Notes: generated by a model from the letters alone, not told the origin. A DNA stretch of 53,886 nucleotides from Basidiobolus meristosporus CBS 931.73 (GCA_002104905.1 MCFE01000605.1:1-53886), one strand, 5' to 3'; positions 11,840-25,640 are shown, counted from the first letter of the stretch. Made by a program: numbers and translations.

Positions 11840-12950
11840 ATGTAAAATAATTTGGTCCTGCAGGTGTACACAATCTCAATAAGCCAGCAGGATTCTACAA
11901 TGAGGTTGTCAAGATGTCAGATGCTCAAAATTATTGACTCCCTACACATTCTTACAATGTAATGGTAATTGTATTTTGCTGATTTTAGGGTTAAATAAAG
12001 TTAAAAACTTGACAGTGTTGGAGCAGTTTTTTAGCAAGAATTGCATGGTACAATGTTGGACTTACCAGACTTGTTCTGTTGGATAGTGCAACATTGAGCC
12101 ATAAGTGCCAAATGATGCCATAGTGTGCCAGGGAGGCCAAATGCGCCTATACTTAGCCACGGAGTGTGAAACAGAGTGCTGCACTTTGATGCAAAGCTGC
12201 CCCTGTGTTTCACTCATTGTGTTGGAGATAATACATTCTTTGACCTTTTTTTTAGGTCAATGTTGTGCAGGATGTGTAAGAGCACAAAATGATTGAAGAC
12301 ATGCATCAGGTACTCAATACCCATGGCACTCTGAATCTAACTCCTGTGGCTTGTAGCATGTCACAAAAATGCATGGCACTATCTTGGGCACTGATACTAT
12401 CTGGCACTATAATTGCTTTGTATAGATATTACTTTAGGGCTAATGATTAAATATAGTGCCAGATAGTACTCGTGGCCCAAGATAGTGCCATGCATTTTGT
12501 GACATGCTACAAGCCACAGGAGCTAGATTCAGAGTGTCATGGGTATTGAATACCTGATGCATGTCTTCAGTTCTTCTGTGCTCTTACACACTCTGCACAA
12601 CATTGATCCACAAAAAAACATCAAAAAATGGATTTTCTCCTACATCATAGGTAAAACACAGGGGCTGCTTTGCCTGAAGATGCAGAGCTCTGTTTCACAC
12701 TCTGTGGCCAGGTATAGGTTCACTTGGCCTCTCTGGCACACTATGGCGTCATTTGGCACTCATGGCTCAATGTGGCACTATCCAACAGAACAAGTCTACT
12801 ATATTCTACATATATTTGAGCAGGCCTAACCTGCCAGCACATCTAGCTGCCTTATATGAGAACAAATGTGACACTGCCATGATGGCATTTTTTGAACCTC
12901 TGTTGGCACTATAGGGGCAGTGCAGCAGCCTACAGCTAGCTGTGTATAAT
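11840..12950 (-). mobile_element. CACTA transposase fragment interrupted by MITE R2
   Basis: Aligns to 6205-6560. Removing R2 plus 3 bp restores collinearity with the empty site at ~6404-6440. Confidence 0.65.
12067..12797. mobile_element. palindromic foldback MITE, copy R2 (complete)
   Basis: Runs AGACTTGTTC...GAACAAGTCT. The 3-bp TSD ACC/ACT is supported by the empty-site comparison. Confidence 0.9.
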
Positions 12951-13384
12951 AGACTTGTTCCACTGAATAGTGCCACATTGTGCCATCATAGTCAAGTAGA
13001 GACATAGTGTGCCTTATTGGCCAAGTAGGTCTATACTTGGTCATATAGCATAGAGCATAGCTCTTCCTCTTCATGCAAAGCAGCTCCTTTGCTTCACCCT
13101 TAGCACAGGAGAAAATCCTATTTTTCCTCTTTTTTTGTGGATCAATGTTGCACCAGATATATAGTAGTAAAGAAGTACTGAAGACATACACTTTGTACTC
13201 AATACACATGGTGCTCTGAGTCTAGCAGCACAGGTTTGAAATATTGCACAAAAATGCCCAACACTATCTTGGTCCACTGATACTATCTGACAATTTAAGT
13301 GCTGTGTATTGGTTGTACTTTAAGGCTAATATTTAAATATAGTACCAGATAGTACCAGTGGACTAAGATAGTGTCATGTAATTT
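12951..13384. mobile_element. foldback MITE copy R3 (diverged, one arm plus centre)
   Basis: Starts AGACTTGTTC and breaks ~45 bp past the spacer. Confidence 0.75.
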
Positions 13385-13390
13385 GGTAAA

Positions 13391-14055
13391 GCCAAGTGAC
13401 CCTATACTTGGCCACAGAGTCTGAAACATAGCTCTGCATCTTCATGCTAAGCAGCCCCTGTGTTTCACCCATTGTGCAGGAGAAAATCCATTTTTTGACC
13501 TTTTTTTATGGATCAATGTTGTGTAGGCTGTGTAAGAGCACAAACAGATTGAAGATATGCATCTGGTACTCAATACCCATGGCACTCTAAATCTAGCTCC
13601 TGTGGCTAGCAACATGTCACAAAAATGCATGGCACTATCTTGGTCCACTGGTACTATCTGGCACTATATTTAATCATTAGCCCTAAAGTAAGACCTATAC
13701 AAGGCACTTATAGTGCCAGATAGTACCAGTGGACCAAGATAGTGCCATGCATTTTTGTGACATGTTACTAGCCACAGGAGCTAGATTTAGAGTGCCATGG
13801 CTATTGAGTACTAGATGCATGTCTTCAGTTTTCCTGTGTTCTTACACATCCCAAACTACATTGATCCACAAAGAAAAGTCTAAAAATGGATTTTCTCCTG
13901 CACAATGGGTGAAACACAGGGGCTGCTTAGCATGAAGATGCAGAGCTATGTTTCAGACTCTGTGGCCAAGTATAGGGTCACTTGGTCTCTCTGGCACACT
14001 ATGGCATCATTTGGCACTCATGGATCAGTGCGGCACTATACAACAGAACAAGTCT
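13391..14055. mobile_element. foldback MITE copy R4 (left terminus missing)
   Basis: Inverted arms around the spacer at ~13670-13710; ends GAACAAGTCT. Confidence 0.85.
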
Positions 14056-14074
14056 ATTATATCAAAGAAAAAGT

Positions 14075-14580
14075 GTCATACCATTCAGAAGGCACTCAGT
14101 CAAAGTTGCAGTGAAGGACCTGTCAGTGATAAAAACCAGCAGCTTAGGAATGTTAACATGCTGAAACAGTGCCATCAAGGAGCAAGAAGACAGAAACAGG
14201 TGCATCAGTTCAGCATTTATCACAAACAAGACATAGTTTAATACAATGAGCACTCAGATAAACTGGTAGTGAAAGACCCATCAGTACTAAAGAGAATGAT
14301 AAAGGGAGAAAGTTGACCAAAGCAAGTAACAAGGGAGTGTAAGAAAAATTGCAATATGTGCCAATTACTACCTTAAGCTCAGAGCAAGCTGAATCCCATC
14401 ATAGCCAAGATGATTTATCAACAACACAGAAGCTGCTTTCTTTGGGGTTGAAAGCACAGCTAGTTGAGCTGCAGAAAATGTCAATTTGTTTACCCCTGCC
14501 TACACATCCTCCAATGTTGATCAAGTGGATATCCCACAAATAGATACAGCAACAACATCAGGAACTGAAAAGACTATTCC
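14075..14580 (+). mobile_element. family K fragment
   Basis: Aligns to 22190-22750 and to the reverse complement of 49250-50680. Confidence 0.55.
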
Positions 14581-14589
14581 ATATCAAAA

Positions 14590-17500
14590 GTAATTTGGTC
14601 CTGTGGGTGGATCCAATCAAGATCAGCTGACAAGATCCCATCAGGAGACTGTTATAATACCAGCAGCTTGGAATTAATGACCTTCTATACAATCTTATGA
14701 TGAGATCACTGCTGCATTTGGCTAATTTTACCACCAACTAAAGTTAGAAAACATAATGGTGTGTGGGTGTTGCTTTGCCAAGCGTAGCATAGCATTGTTG
14801 CAGTCTTAGTGTGCTCTATAACTATTGAAGAGGATCTAACTGGCAGGTATATCCAATTACCTTATGTTGTAAAACCTTTACAGTATTTTGACAGCATTAT
14901 TGTATGCCTCTGATGGCATTATAATGGTGGTATGGTGGCCTACAGCTAGTTGTGTATAATGAAACAATACCAATTTACCAATTGGTATTTCCTTCTCTAA
15001 CCCCCCTTGTGCAATTCATTTATTCCACTGTAGAGTCACCCATCTTTCTTTGCTTATCCACCGCTGCCTTGGGAGTTCCACATTTGGTTTGAGTCAAAAA
15101 TTACTGTAGTCTCCTGCCTACTAACCTCTACAAACATGTGCACCTGCTGCAATTTACATACTTGTACCACCTCAACTTTACAGCTTTTTAGTGTGATACT
15201 GCAAAGTTGCAATATACCTTGTATTACAGGTCACATATATATCTTAGAAGCATATGCTTTGTTGCCACCACTTCTGCCATGAATACCTCCTCAGAATCCG
15301 CAAAGTACTTCTTAGTATTGAGCCAATATACTCCTTCTCCCTGCTGGATAGTAGTCCCTGCAATAGATGTACTCTGGCTCTTATTTGTGTGAATTCACTA
15401 TTGAATGGTGTAGAAACTGGCATATAATCAAAAGTAACCCTGCACATTGGTAGAGCTTTCCTATTAAGAATTAGTGGCTTGCTGTACCCAGCCTAGCTTT
15501 GCATTACCTAATCAATAATCCAAGCATTGGGGCTGCTTAGCTTCTTAATACCATTGGCATAGGTGTCTCCATGTGCACATCTGTCCTCAGCTTTTTTAAC
15601 TCTGCCAGGCTGTTCTCCATGTGTCAGCTCATCACATCCATGATGGACTTGAAGGTCATATTCTTGATGAAATTGGGATATGGAGCACCTGCCACTTAAC
15701 TGGTCTTCCAATCTTGTGAACATCTGCTCCATAGGAAACTCCCAAAGGTGATGCAAAGCCCAATATTCCCAGCACACCAAGCAAGATGGAGTAGAAAGTG
15801 GATACAGTAGTGGCCAAGATACATGTGCTCAGCTTTATGTTGTGGTAAAGCTGCTCAGATCCTGGTACAAACTCCTTGCACCAAAGCTCTTGATGCATCA
15901 AGTTGGCATTGGTGATCTGCTTCTGGACAAATATTCCTACAACATTCACATATGACTCCTAATGCTTCCAATATACTCTTGGTAGCAATGGCCTCAGAAG
16001 GCTGCCTGAATAAGTATATATCTGGTTCATCCAGTCCTTGCATTTGTATTGCCACATATGCATATGAATGGTGACTGGAGCTCATGAGAAGTTCATAGCA
16101 AAGCAGATACTCTGTAATATCTGGCCAACTATTTCATATATCTCTGGTATCTCACAGGGCTCATTGAACTTAAGTGCCCCATGTACAACTTGGTCATCAG
16201 TATAGGGATGTTGAACAGCAAATCCATGGCTCCTAGTTGAAAGTTTTTGCTCCAACAGATACCCTCTATCTTAAGTATAACTGGTTTCCAGTTAATACCA
16301 TATTCCAGCCAATGGCTTATAGCTTGCCAACTTTGCTGCAAAAGCTTGCTGACTTTGGCACCTTTGCTCTGTGGGAAGATGTTTTTCTTAGTGTTGGTGT
16401 TTGGGTAATAATACTGTGTGTGAGTTATGGAGTATATCCCCTGGACCTCACACATTTGACAGCAATATCATACATTATGCCCAGAAAAGCTGGCTATATT
16501 GCTGATGGCTGGGGTATCTCCACTGCAGGCAATAAAACATACATTGATATGACAGCTGTTTACTGTTATCCTGCTGGAAAGCATAAAAAACTCTTCTGGT
16601 AATAGTTACAGGTTGCTATCCAGGTTGGACAGTGATTTAGGCCCAGATACCAGTGAGACTACCATCAGATTTCTGCTCTGATACTGTAGGATAGGTGGCA
16701 TATTCAGGTTGATGAGAGTCAGTGGCCAGCAGGATTTGCTGGTACACTACTTGTTTAACAAGAATCCAGCAGGTGCCAAGGCAAGGGCCTATTAATACAT
16801 ACCTTCAAAGTTGTTTGTGATGTTTTCCATCAAAAAATATGGAAATGGATGTACTTGATTGATAATGAGTGCAGTACTTTGTAGCTTTACAATATTTGTT
16901 AGGCCTCATGATCCTCTTTAGATGGGATATTACTGGAATATATTCAGAGTGTGAATGATGTTTTCCCTCATTGATGGTAGATTCCTGACAGGTTGGACAC
17001 CTTGCAATGGTAGCATATTCTGATGTGAATGCTGTGCAACTGTTAATACATGTAGGTATCAGGACAGTTTCTGGGTCATATGTTGCCAGCTGCATGACAA
17101 TTTTCTATTATACCATATGCATGGCATGTTGCACCTGGGATGATTATAGCAAAAAGTTGTAGTAGATTGTCAAGGCCCCCATTACTGATATTAATGAAAA
17201 TGTGCCAATTCTCTAGCAACAATATGAGATCATACACCAGTAAATGGATTACTAGGCTCACTTGACTCCATATAGTATTCTTGGCGTTTTTTCCACAAGT
17301 GTTAACTCATTGCATATCAGTATTTTGCAACGCTCATGCAGGGTACTGTTGTTTGTAGAGATAGACTCACAATCTATTAGTGAGCCTGCTCCAACAGAGC
17401 TCTCACTTTGCTTGAAATATTCAGGAGGCTGGGGTGAGCCTAACGGCAACACAAACTCACCTGACTCAGCTTGTATAAGGTGACAAGTATGGAAAGCTGC

Positions 17501-18050
17501 CATAACAGCAAGATATTGTTGGTCAGTAGTGATTGATGAATTGTCAAATAGGAGATGTGTGGCAAAACACTGGCCATGATACTTGTAATACCCCCTATGC
17601 TGTCTGCATGCCTCATGGCTGAGAAGCTTGCTACAATAGCCTTATGGTCTTTTTTCTCTTCTCTTACTATGTTGAATTAAAGTAGTCTTGTCCATGGGGC
17701 ATACTGCATGATACTCAACAACATGATGCAATTATATTTTTTCTTTGGCAACACTCATGTGAACAGCCTTATATTTTGGACATTGCACCTACAAGAGTGT
17801 GAGATTCAATGATGACCTGCCCTAGTAAGCATTCTAAGTAGAGTTGTAGCACCACATACACACATATATGTAAAACCATTTCCCCTTTGGTGTGACTAAC
17901 TTCCATATATATGCCACCAAAAAATAAAGCAAAGTTGTATGGTGTGCAACCAAACCCCACTGCTGACAGCAACAGAAGAATGGTTGGTCAGCAGCTTACT
18001 TTGATATTCATTGTAACATTTGGGGCTACAAACAAAAAAGGCCCTGTGTA
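14590..18050 (-). mobile_element. CACTA/EnSpm transposase pseudogene (Transposase_21 + DUF4218-like)
   Basis: ORF 16805..17095 has CINSCTAFTSEYATIARCPTC..YIPVISHLK. Downstream reads LALAPAGF..CWPL..INLNMPP and WEFPMEQ. Collinear with 45065-48520. Confidence 0.8.
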
Positions 18051-18054
18051 CAGT

Positions 18055-18590
18055 AGACTTGTTCTATTATACCATTCCAGGGTGTGCAGCACAATCTGCG
18101 GTTGTTTAGAACAATCAAGCGCAATATTTAGCTACCAGTAGGCAGGATTGCTGTTGGACAATTTTGCGCTGTGTGGGAAAATCTTGTACATTATGGCACA
18201 ATGTGACACAATGTGGTTAGCACAGATGATTGTGCCAGCTTGTAATGCTTGTATCACATGCGCAATTTGATACCTCTATTATGGTAGGTAAAATCCAGTA
18301 TTTGGATTGGTTTCTTTAGTGTAAATGAAAATGGACTTGTTCCATTGTACCATGCTAGGGCGCGCAGTGCAATCCATGGTATCCAAGAACAATTGGGTGC
18401 AATATTGTAGCTACTAGTAGGCAGGATTGCTCTTGGACAATATTGCCCACTATGGCACAATCTGACACAATGAGGTTGGCACAAATGATTGCACCCACTT
18501 GTAATGTTTGCATCACATGCTCAATCAAATACCTCTATTATGGTAGGTTAAATCTGGTATTTGGAAATGTTGCTTTAACATAAATGGAGA
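18055..18590. repeat. two tandem ~278-bp units, each starting with the MITE-type terminus (A/G)GACTTGTTC
   Basis: Units begin at 18055 and 18333 and share e.g. TAGGCAGGATTGCT and ATACCTCTATTATGGTAGGT. Confidence 0.8.
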
Positions 18591-19124
18591 TAAATGTGTA
18601 TCACACTATTAACTACACTGATACTTACTATTTTAGCTACCATCACTTCAATTAAATGGTATCTCAGTGGCTAATTGGTCCAAAAGTATCCTGAAGCTGT
18701 CAGCCCCAAATTGACTCTTTGCCAACACACAAGCTACTGAATTTGCCATCAAATATCCCATTTTGCCCATTAAGCAAGTAAATCCCTGATCCTAGCAATT
18801 GAACAAGGTGTCATAGCTAGCACATGGCCAATTGTATAGGTGCAAGTCAGATCAAATGGCTACACTGGTGCCACAGATGATATATACATATGCAGGGTGT
18901 TTATTTTAGTGGTCCTGTCTCAAATGTGAGCCAGCCTTGATATATTTATATATCAAAAATTTAGTGATCACTGATTTGCAAAGGTTGATACGGATTGCAA
19001 AAAAATGCGTTGTTTGGATCATTACAAATAATAGCAATTCAATGCAATTGCATTGTCTTCTCCTAGGTTTTTTTCTCACAGGGATCAATACTGAAGCATT
19101 TGGTAGTGATTATCCTTGCACACC

Positions 19125-20170
19125 TCAACTACTCTCTTGTTGACTATCCTCTTTGCTACTTGTGTATTTGTAGCCTGTATTTTGCCTCCTAGTAGATGAG
19201 TGCAATGCTGCAGCTTGACCGCACTGAATTGCTCTGGAGGATGCAACTGAGCCAGCCTGCAGTGCTATGTGCTGACACATTCTTTTACTTGCCAAAGGCT
19301 CTGGTGGTGGAGACACTTCATATGGGTCATCATTGGTCAGTTCACCAGTAGAGACTTGCTGATGGTCAAGTGTAATGGCACGTGCAGACTCAACATGATG
19401 CGCTGACATGGCCCTTTGCTGAGTTTGATGTGAAGCTGCTTGTTGATGCAACTTGGCTTGCTCCAATGGACTTGTGTCTTTTTGAGCAGTTTGGCAGGTT
19501 CTGATGGTTTTGCTCTGAAGCATGTGCGTTGACCCAATATGCGTTGACTCAATGCAGGGTGCTTTTGTGAAGGGTGTTGGCAATGTTTGGACTGGCATGT
19601 GCTGGCACACTAAGTTGCAAGGGATGGTAAGGGATCCAGTAGGGCATGCTAGCGCAATCTAGACAATGTTGCTTGCAGTCTGTATTCTTCCTCTTGAGGC
19701 TCACCTTCTGATTCCTCAAGGTGTTCACTTACCCTCTGTCTAATACTTTGGAACTGTTGCCTGGATGAGTCCTGTGTATATTGCTCTTGGAAGTCACTTA
19801 GCTCTGCTAATATATCACGTAATACATTAGTCATTTGAGGCAAAAACTCACTCAAAATCTCCTTGGTTCCCAAGGTGGAGGCACAAACACACACATCCAG
19901 CCTGTACTGAGCAAACTGCGTGCAAAATTGCTCCTGCGTGGCTTCTTCATCAAATCCCCTCACTCTCAGCTAATTCTTGATTTCAATACTGGTCTTGTTA
20001 TATATCTTCTTACACACATCTGCTGGCATCTTGATGTAGAACTTGGGCCACAGCTTTCTACTCAGGTTCTTCCATCTCTATCAACTCTCTGAGGTATCTA
20101 GGTTGGCTAGATTAATAAGTAATGCCCAAATATCTTTATGAAGGCTCATCATTGGCACTTGAGCCATACT
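19125..20170 (-). pseudogene. Myb/SANT-like accessory ORF of PIF/Harbinger-like element, copy 2
   Basis: Reads RWKNLSRKLWPKFYIKMPADVCKKIYNK, continuing into ORFs 19649..19963 and 19125..19610 (low-complexity tail). Divergent from the adjacent DDE_Tnp_4. Confidence 0.5.
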
Positions 20171-20539
20171 AAAACTATTTGGCAAGAGCTTGAACAGATC
20201 TGACATTGACTTTTCTGGTCCTAATCATGCTTGTGAGCTGCAGGATGGGTTTTGTCTGGGCTGTACTAACAATGGGCTGAGACTTGGTATAGAGACCTTA
20301 GTGACAAATTTGGAAACTTATATCTTAGTGCATTGTCATCAACCTGGTGTTATATGAGATATATGAAAACTAATGTGATTGTTGCATTTTTCATATATTA
20401 TGCATGATGCACCTCAGATTACATTGACATGAATCAGATCACATCAATCTCAGATTTCCTATTTGATTATAGGCTTGTGAATAAAGCAGTAATAAAAATA
20501 CCAAGTCATTGTTTGAGGATGATTTTGCAACATAATGAT

Positions 20540-20960
20540 TGGATACATGGCAATTGATGGTGATTTAATCATAATGCATGGAAAATCTGGCAAGTAAAAG
20601 GCACAATATGTGAAGTTTCAAGCACTGTCTGACATTGAGGGTAACATCATCTAATATAGTGGGCCATTTGCTGGAAGTAGTCATGACAAGGCACTCTGGG
20701 TAGAAAATCATCCAGAATTCAGTAGAGGGAAGACATTTATGGCAGACTTAGCTTATGTAGGAGAGGATTATCAGAGATCAGGATCTATCACAGCATATAG
20801 GAAGCCAAGGAGTGGTGTGCTTTGAAGGAAGCAGAAGCTCTACATTGCAATATTAAATCATTTCAGAGTGAGCATAAAGCATATATTTGGATATATGAAG
20901 AGATTCTGTATATTGGCAGGTGAATACAGAGGAAAGTCATATATAGGAGGAAACAGTAGA
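20540..20960 (+). pseudogene. PIF/Harbinger (DDE_Tnp_4, IS5-like) transposase remnant
   Basis: Motifs IDG, SGK*KAQYVKFQALSDIEGNII*YSGPFAGSSHD, MADLAYVG and FRVSIKHIFGYMKRFCILAGEYRGK appear in the expected order. Confidence 0.8.
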
Positions 20961-21349
20961 ATGGGCAAAACTGATAAGATGCTTATCAATGCACAATATA
21001 CTTGTACAAGAAGACATCCACAGCAAGAAATTTGTCTGGAGCATTAGGAAGAGTAAATAAAGCAAGGAAAGCACTATTCTGCACAACATAAGTAAGATTG
21101 AGTAAAATTACCAGTAACTATATTCTACCACTGTCATTATGGTAGACATTATAATGCAAGATAGTGCCCTAGAATGCCAGAATGATCCAGCACTATAAAC
21201 AAGCTGGCACTTTGTCACACAATCAAATGGAAAAACTCTAGTGAGCTCACTGAAGGTAATAATGCAGACTCCTCAGGCTCTCAGTCAAGCAGGCAATTGG
21301 GAATATCTGCAGAGGCAGACAAGAATGTAGCAAAAGCAGTACCTTCAGT

Positions 21350-23790
21350 TGAAGACCAGCAAGTGGCCATCATAACATCACCACCACCTGTATTAGCAAG
21401 TATGTTGTCAGCCCATACCAAAGCATCAATGAGACAATAGGCAAAGTGGCTGATAGGATAGATGCAATGGCCCAGTGAAGTTGGGAAATAGTCCAGAAAC
21501 AGGATGATTGGATATTACATGCAGAGCAAGCATTATTTCTGGTAGAGAAAGCAGCATGTTAGCTGCAAAGAAGGAACTCAAGTATCTTAATGTCACAGCC
21601 AAGCATCAAGCCATTTACTGATGTATCAGCGGAGGAACAAAGTAAAGTCTTTGAGGCACAACAACACTGCCCAAAGAAAAGCCCATAGACAGACCTAATA
21701 CAGCTTGGGAGGGAGAAGCTGCAGTGCATATAACAAAGCCTAATAATCAAAGACATTGAAGATTGATGAAGCCATGCAGTGCAATGATGAAGAATGGGCT
21801 AATATTCAAGAGGCTGCTAGAAGTCTAGCTTGACAACACATTAAGGCTGGCATACAATGGGACCATCAGGAACTCAAGGTCAAGTGGAATGTGCTTGACT
21901 TGTTCCATGAGCATCATCCTGGAATTAAATGTGTAAACAGATCTTGGGCTGGCACTGGTATGTAAAGAAAGCATCTCAAGAATTGCCAAGACTATCAATG
22001 GCAGAAGTACTAGGGTGCAATGGCTAAAAACCTGTGGCTTCCACAAGAACCTATTACATGCAGGGCTGAAAGCTCCAAATCAGTGCCAATGAAACATCAG
22101 GTTGCTGGAAGAGTGCCAATAAGGGACAAGCAGGATGACACAGATGCACCAGCATGACATTTATCAAGGAAAAAGCATAGTTCCACTTAAGAAGCACTCA
22201 GTCAAAGTAGCAATGGAGGACCTGGCAGTGAAAACAACTAGTGGCTACCTCAGTAGACCATCACAGCATGGGCTGAGAGCTTAAAACAAACAGGAAAAAT
22301 TGTTGGGTTGCCCACAAAGTGCTAGCAAGCAACAAGCAGGCCAAAACAGATGCATTAAAGCAGCATTAATTAGGAGAAAATGTAGTTCAATACAAGAAGC
22401 ATTTAGACAAAGTAGCAGTAAAAGACCGGGTGGTGATGAAGGAAATGGTTAAGGGAAAAAGTCTATCCCTGCCAGAGAGTTGGAAGCATGAGAAAAAAGC
22501 TGCAGTACTTGACAATTAATGCAGTAAGCCTGGAACAGACTGAATTCTTTCATAGCTAAGAAGGATTACCAAAAGAAAGCAGCTGTTTCTGCAAGAGTTA
22601 GAAGTGCAGCCAGTTGAGCTACACTTGAGTGAGGTAGCTGAGTTTGCCAAGACAGACAATTTGTCTGCCAAAGCCTCTACATCCTCTGTTGTTGACAGAA
22701 TGGAGATCCCATCAACAGCAAAGTAGCAACATCAAGAACTTAAAAGATTATCCTAATGCCTTCAGAGGAATTTTTAAATATCAATAGGCACACCAAGAGT
22801 CTGCAGCACTTCTTCAAGAGCAGTACTTAACAAAACACACACAAATACTGCAAGGACTTATTGCAAAGACTGGCAGACAAGGTGTTAAACCTTGCAGTGC
22901 CAGCTGAAGACCAGGATGTATGGGAACCAGGGAATGAACAGTGGCATAAAGCTGTAGGGGTCCTGCCAAGGTCATGGAAACAGAGCATTACTGCAGATAT
23001 ACTATTGAGTGGTGGATTTTAATGGAGTACTTGTTGAGTGTGAGGTTAGCCTTAATGCTGATGTAAGGTAAAGGAACTAATATAGGCTGATACAATTGGC
23101 AATTGAGGTACAGATGAAGTTTCAATGGAAATAAATCAACTTGTATGCATGAAAAGTAATTAATTTTACAAGGACTCATTGCAAAGACTAGCAGATGAGG
23201 TGCCAGACCTTCCAGTACTTGCTGAAGACTAGGACATAAGGCAAGCAGGAATGGGCAATGGCACATAGCCATGGGATTTATGCCAAAGTCATTGAAAAAA
23301 GGCATTTAGGCAGATATTTCTATAGAATAGTGAATCTTAATGGAGATACTTGTTGAGAGTTCAGTTGCACCTGATGAATATATATTGGGTATAGGGACTT
23401 GTAGATGTCAGTAAAGTTTGAATCTAAGTTACAATTGTTGGTTGAAAGGACAATGACCAAATGTTATGTATGAAAGGTAAGAGTATTGTTGGAGTCTGGG
23501 AGTAACAAGTGTGAAAAGGTGACAATAGCCAATCAATACTTACAAATATAGAAGGGCATTGCCTCTCTGGGATTAGAAAGTGTCAGAACTAGCAGGGAAT
23601 CAATTAAAGCCACTTATATTGCTTTGATGAAAAATTCTGGCCAAGGTTTTGGTGAGATCTGGCATGTAATATTTTCTGAACTGTGTTTGTATAGTGTCCC
23701 AGTGACATCACTACCTCTTAGTCACAGGATATAAATTTTGTGATGTCAATTTAACAGGATTATCATAATTATTTTCATAGGGTAGGCTAC
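21350..23790 (+). mobile_element. family K (CACTA accessory ORF and downstream spacer)
   Basis: Reads EEWANIQEAARSLA*QHIKAGIQWDHQ...LDLFHEHHPGIKCVNRSW. Inverted homologue of 48520-51100. Confidence 0.65.
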
Positions 23791-24129
23791 TATACAAGAG
23801 GCCATTAGCAGTCTAAAATGCTATCACATTAAAGCCAATATAAAGGGTGTAGAATCTTGTTGTGCTGTTGTTGGGCATTTACTATTGCTAAAACTGTAGT
23901 ACTAACAGATTCTCACCAAAACCTGCACACCATTTCATTGTTATGTATTTAGATCTTCCACCTCTACCATTGTTCTATTTGCATGTTCTGCTACTGTATA
24001 TATGCTTGAATGTTTCAGAGCCTCATCATTTGTCTTATAGAAGTACATACATGTGTATCTTATGTTATAGTCAATAACCATAATACAATATATCTTGGAC
24101 TCAAAGGACAGTGTTTTTATGGGCCCACA

Positions 24130-25640
24130 AATGTTTAAATGCTTAATATAGTATTTTGGTGGCTCCTGAGATGCTGCCTAACTAGTTTTCCATGTGAACA
24201 TCCCTTGCATACACTCAATTTCATCAAAGTCAAGTAGTTGAGGCCAAGAATAAGTTAGTTTCTTATCAGTTATCTGATTTTCTGTTCCTTAATGTGTCCT
24301 AGTATTTATTGCCACATCTTGTAGTCAGATTTATTGGCTTTAGCGGTGGTCAGATACTCAGGTACAATAATCTTACATTGAAACTTGAGCATTTTGTGAT
24401 AGATAAATCCCAGGTCTAATTCTTGCCCATATTCACTCAAAATTAATAAGCTGAGCTCAGCAAAAACAAATTTATATTCCTGGGTAGTTGTGTCACCCAC
24501 CAAGAGCAGGTTCTTGGCTATTCCAGGAGCATAGAGTATGTCTGTCAATTTTGCTGCCATTACCTCTTAGTTATCACTACTGGTTAGCTGTATTGACCCT
24601 CTGGTGGTAACTACTAGCGCTGAGTTATCTCCCAGGTAACACTTTCCAAACAAGCATAGTCTTCAACTTACTGACCACTCCTTTATACCACATATATAGT
24701 GTGATACTCCAGAATTAATATCTTGCTGATTGCTATAGTTACTTGCACTCTCTTACGCAGCTTCAAACAAATGTTCTTCCGTAGTTGTATGGTTTATGTG
24801 CTCTACTCTGTACTTTTCATCCTCTAGGTTTATTATGCATTCTCATGCACAGTGTTCTGGTGTCTAACCGCAGCAACAACAATAGGTTTCTGTTGGCTCT
24901 TTTGCTTTCCCTTCTTTTCTGTATCCCTTTTGTAGTCAAATAAAGCATTATATTGATTTCCTTTGCTTGGACATTACATCAGAGTACTTCAAGAAGAAGT
25001 CTTCCTTTGACATTGTCCAAGTGCAGATTGACCTGTCATGTATTAGAGAGTGCTCTGAATTCTTCTTGGTATACCTTATGCAGGTATCTGCAATGCCTTT
25101 TAGTATCTCAATATTGGCTAGATTGCTTAAAAGAAACAGATCCAAAGTTCTGATTATATTGAGAGACAAATGCCACTGATTATGGGATTGACCAGCAAGC
25201 TCTTAGCATAAGATACATGAGGCTCCTAAGCACAAATTAGTCAGGGAAGTCTAGGCTTTCTGATAGCATCCAGCACTTTCACTTGGCCAGGTGCTGTACA
25301 GGTATGGTTTGTCCCCATAGAGATTGCAATGGGCTTACAATCACTTGTTTGGCATTACCTAGGCGTATCTTGAATATTGCACAACTGCTTAAGGTTGATG
25401 TCTGCATACTTCTCTATGCAGAGCCTTATCCCAAAGTTGTAACTTGGCTCCCTTAGATCAGATATTTTGACTTCTTTGGTAGGCTTAGCTTCATCACTTT
25501 TTGCTATAATTGGCTACTGGTGACTATAGTAAGATCATCTATTTGGAGAGCTAATAGAACTGGACTTTTTCAGCTTGTCTCATAGTAGATATTTTGATCA
25601 GCAGTGCTACTTAACAAATCAAAAGATTACATATCAATAT
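24130..25640 (-). mobile_element. Ty1/copia gag-protease-pre-integrase fragment
   Basis: Motifs INSGVSHYICG, LTDILYAPGIAKNLL and MWQ*ILGHI...CKGCSHGK, plus UBN2-like gag in ORF 24948..25169. Confidence 0.75.

Noticed and set aside
10740-11840. Unassigned AT-rich sequence (also 23800-24130, 30760-31700 and 44284-44950)
   Set aside because: No motif or repeat partner that I could support; probably older transposon debris.
8924-14055. CRISPR-like array, or small genes in the recurring 60-130 aa ORFs (e.g. 12539..12829, 13442..13648, 13729..13935)
   Set aside because: These are chance frames in MITE arms, with no repeat-spacer periodicity and a eukaryotic context.
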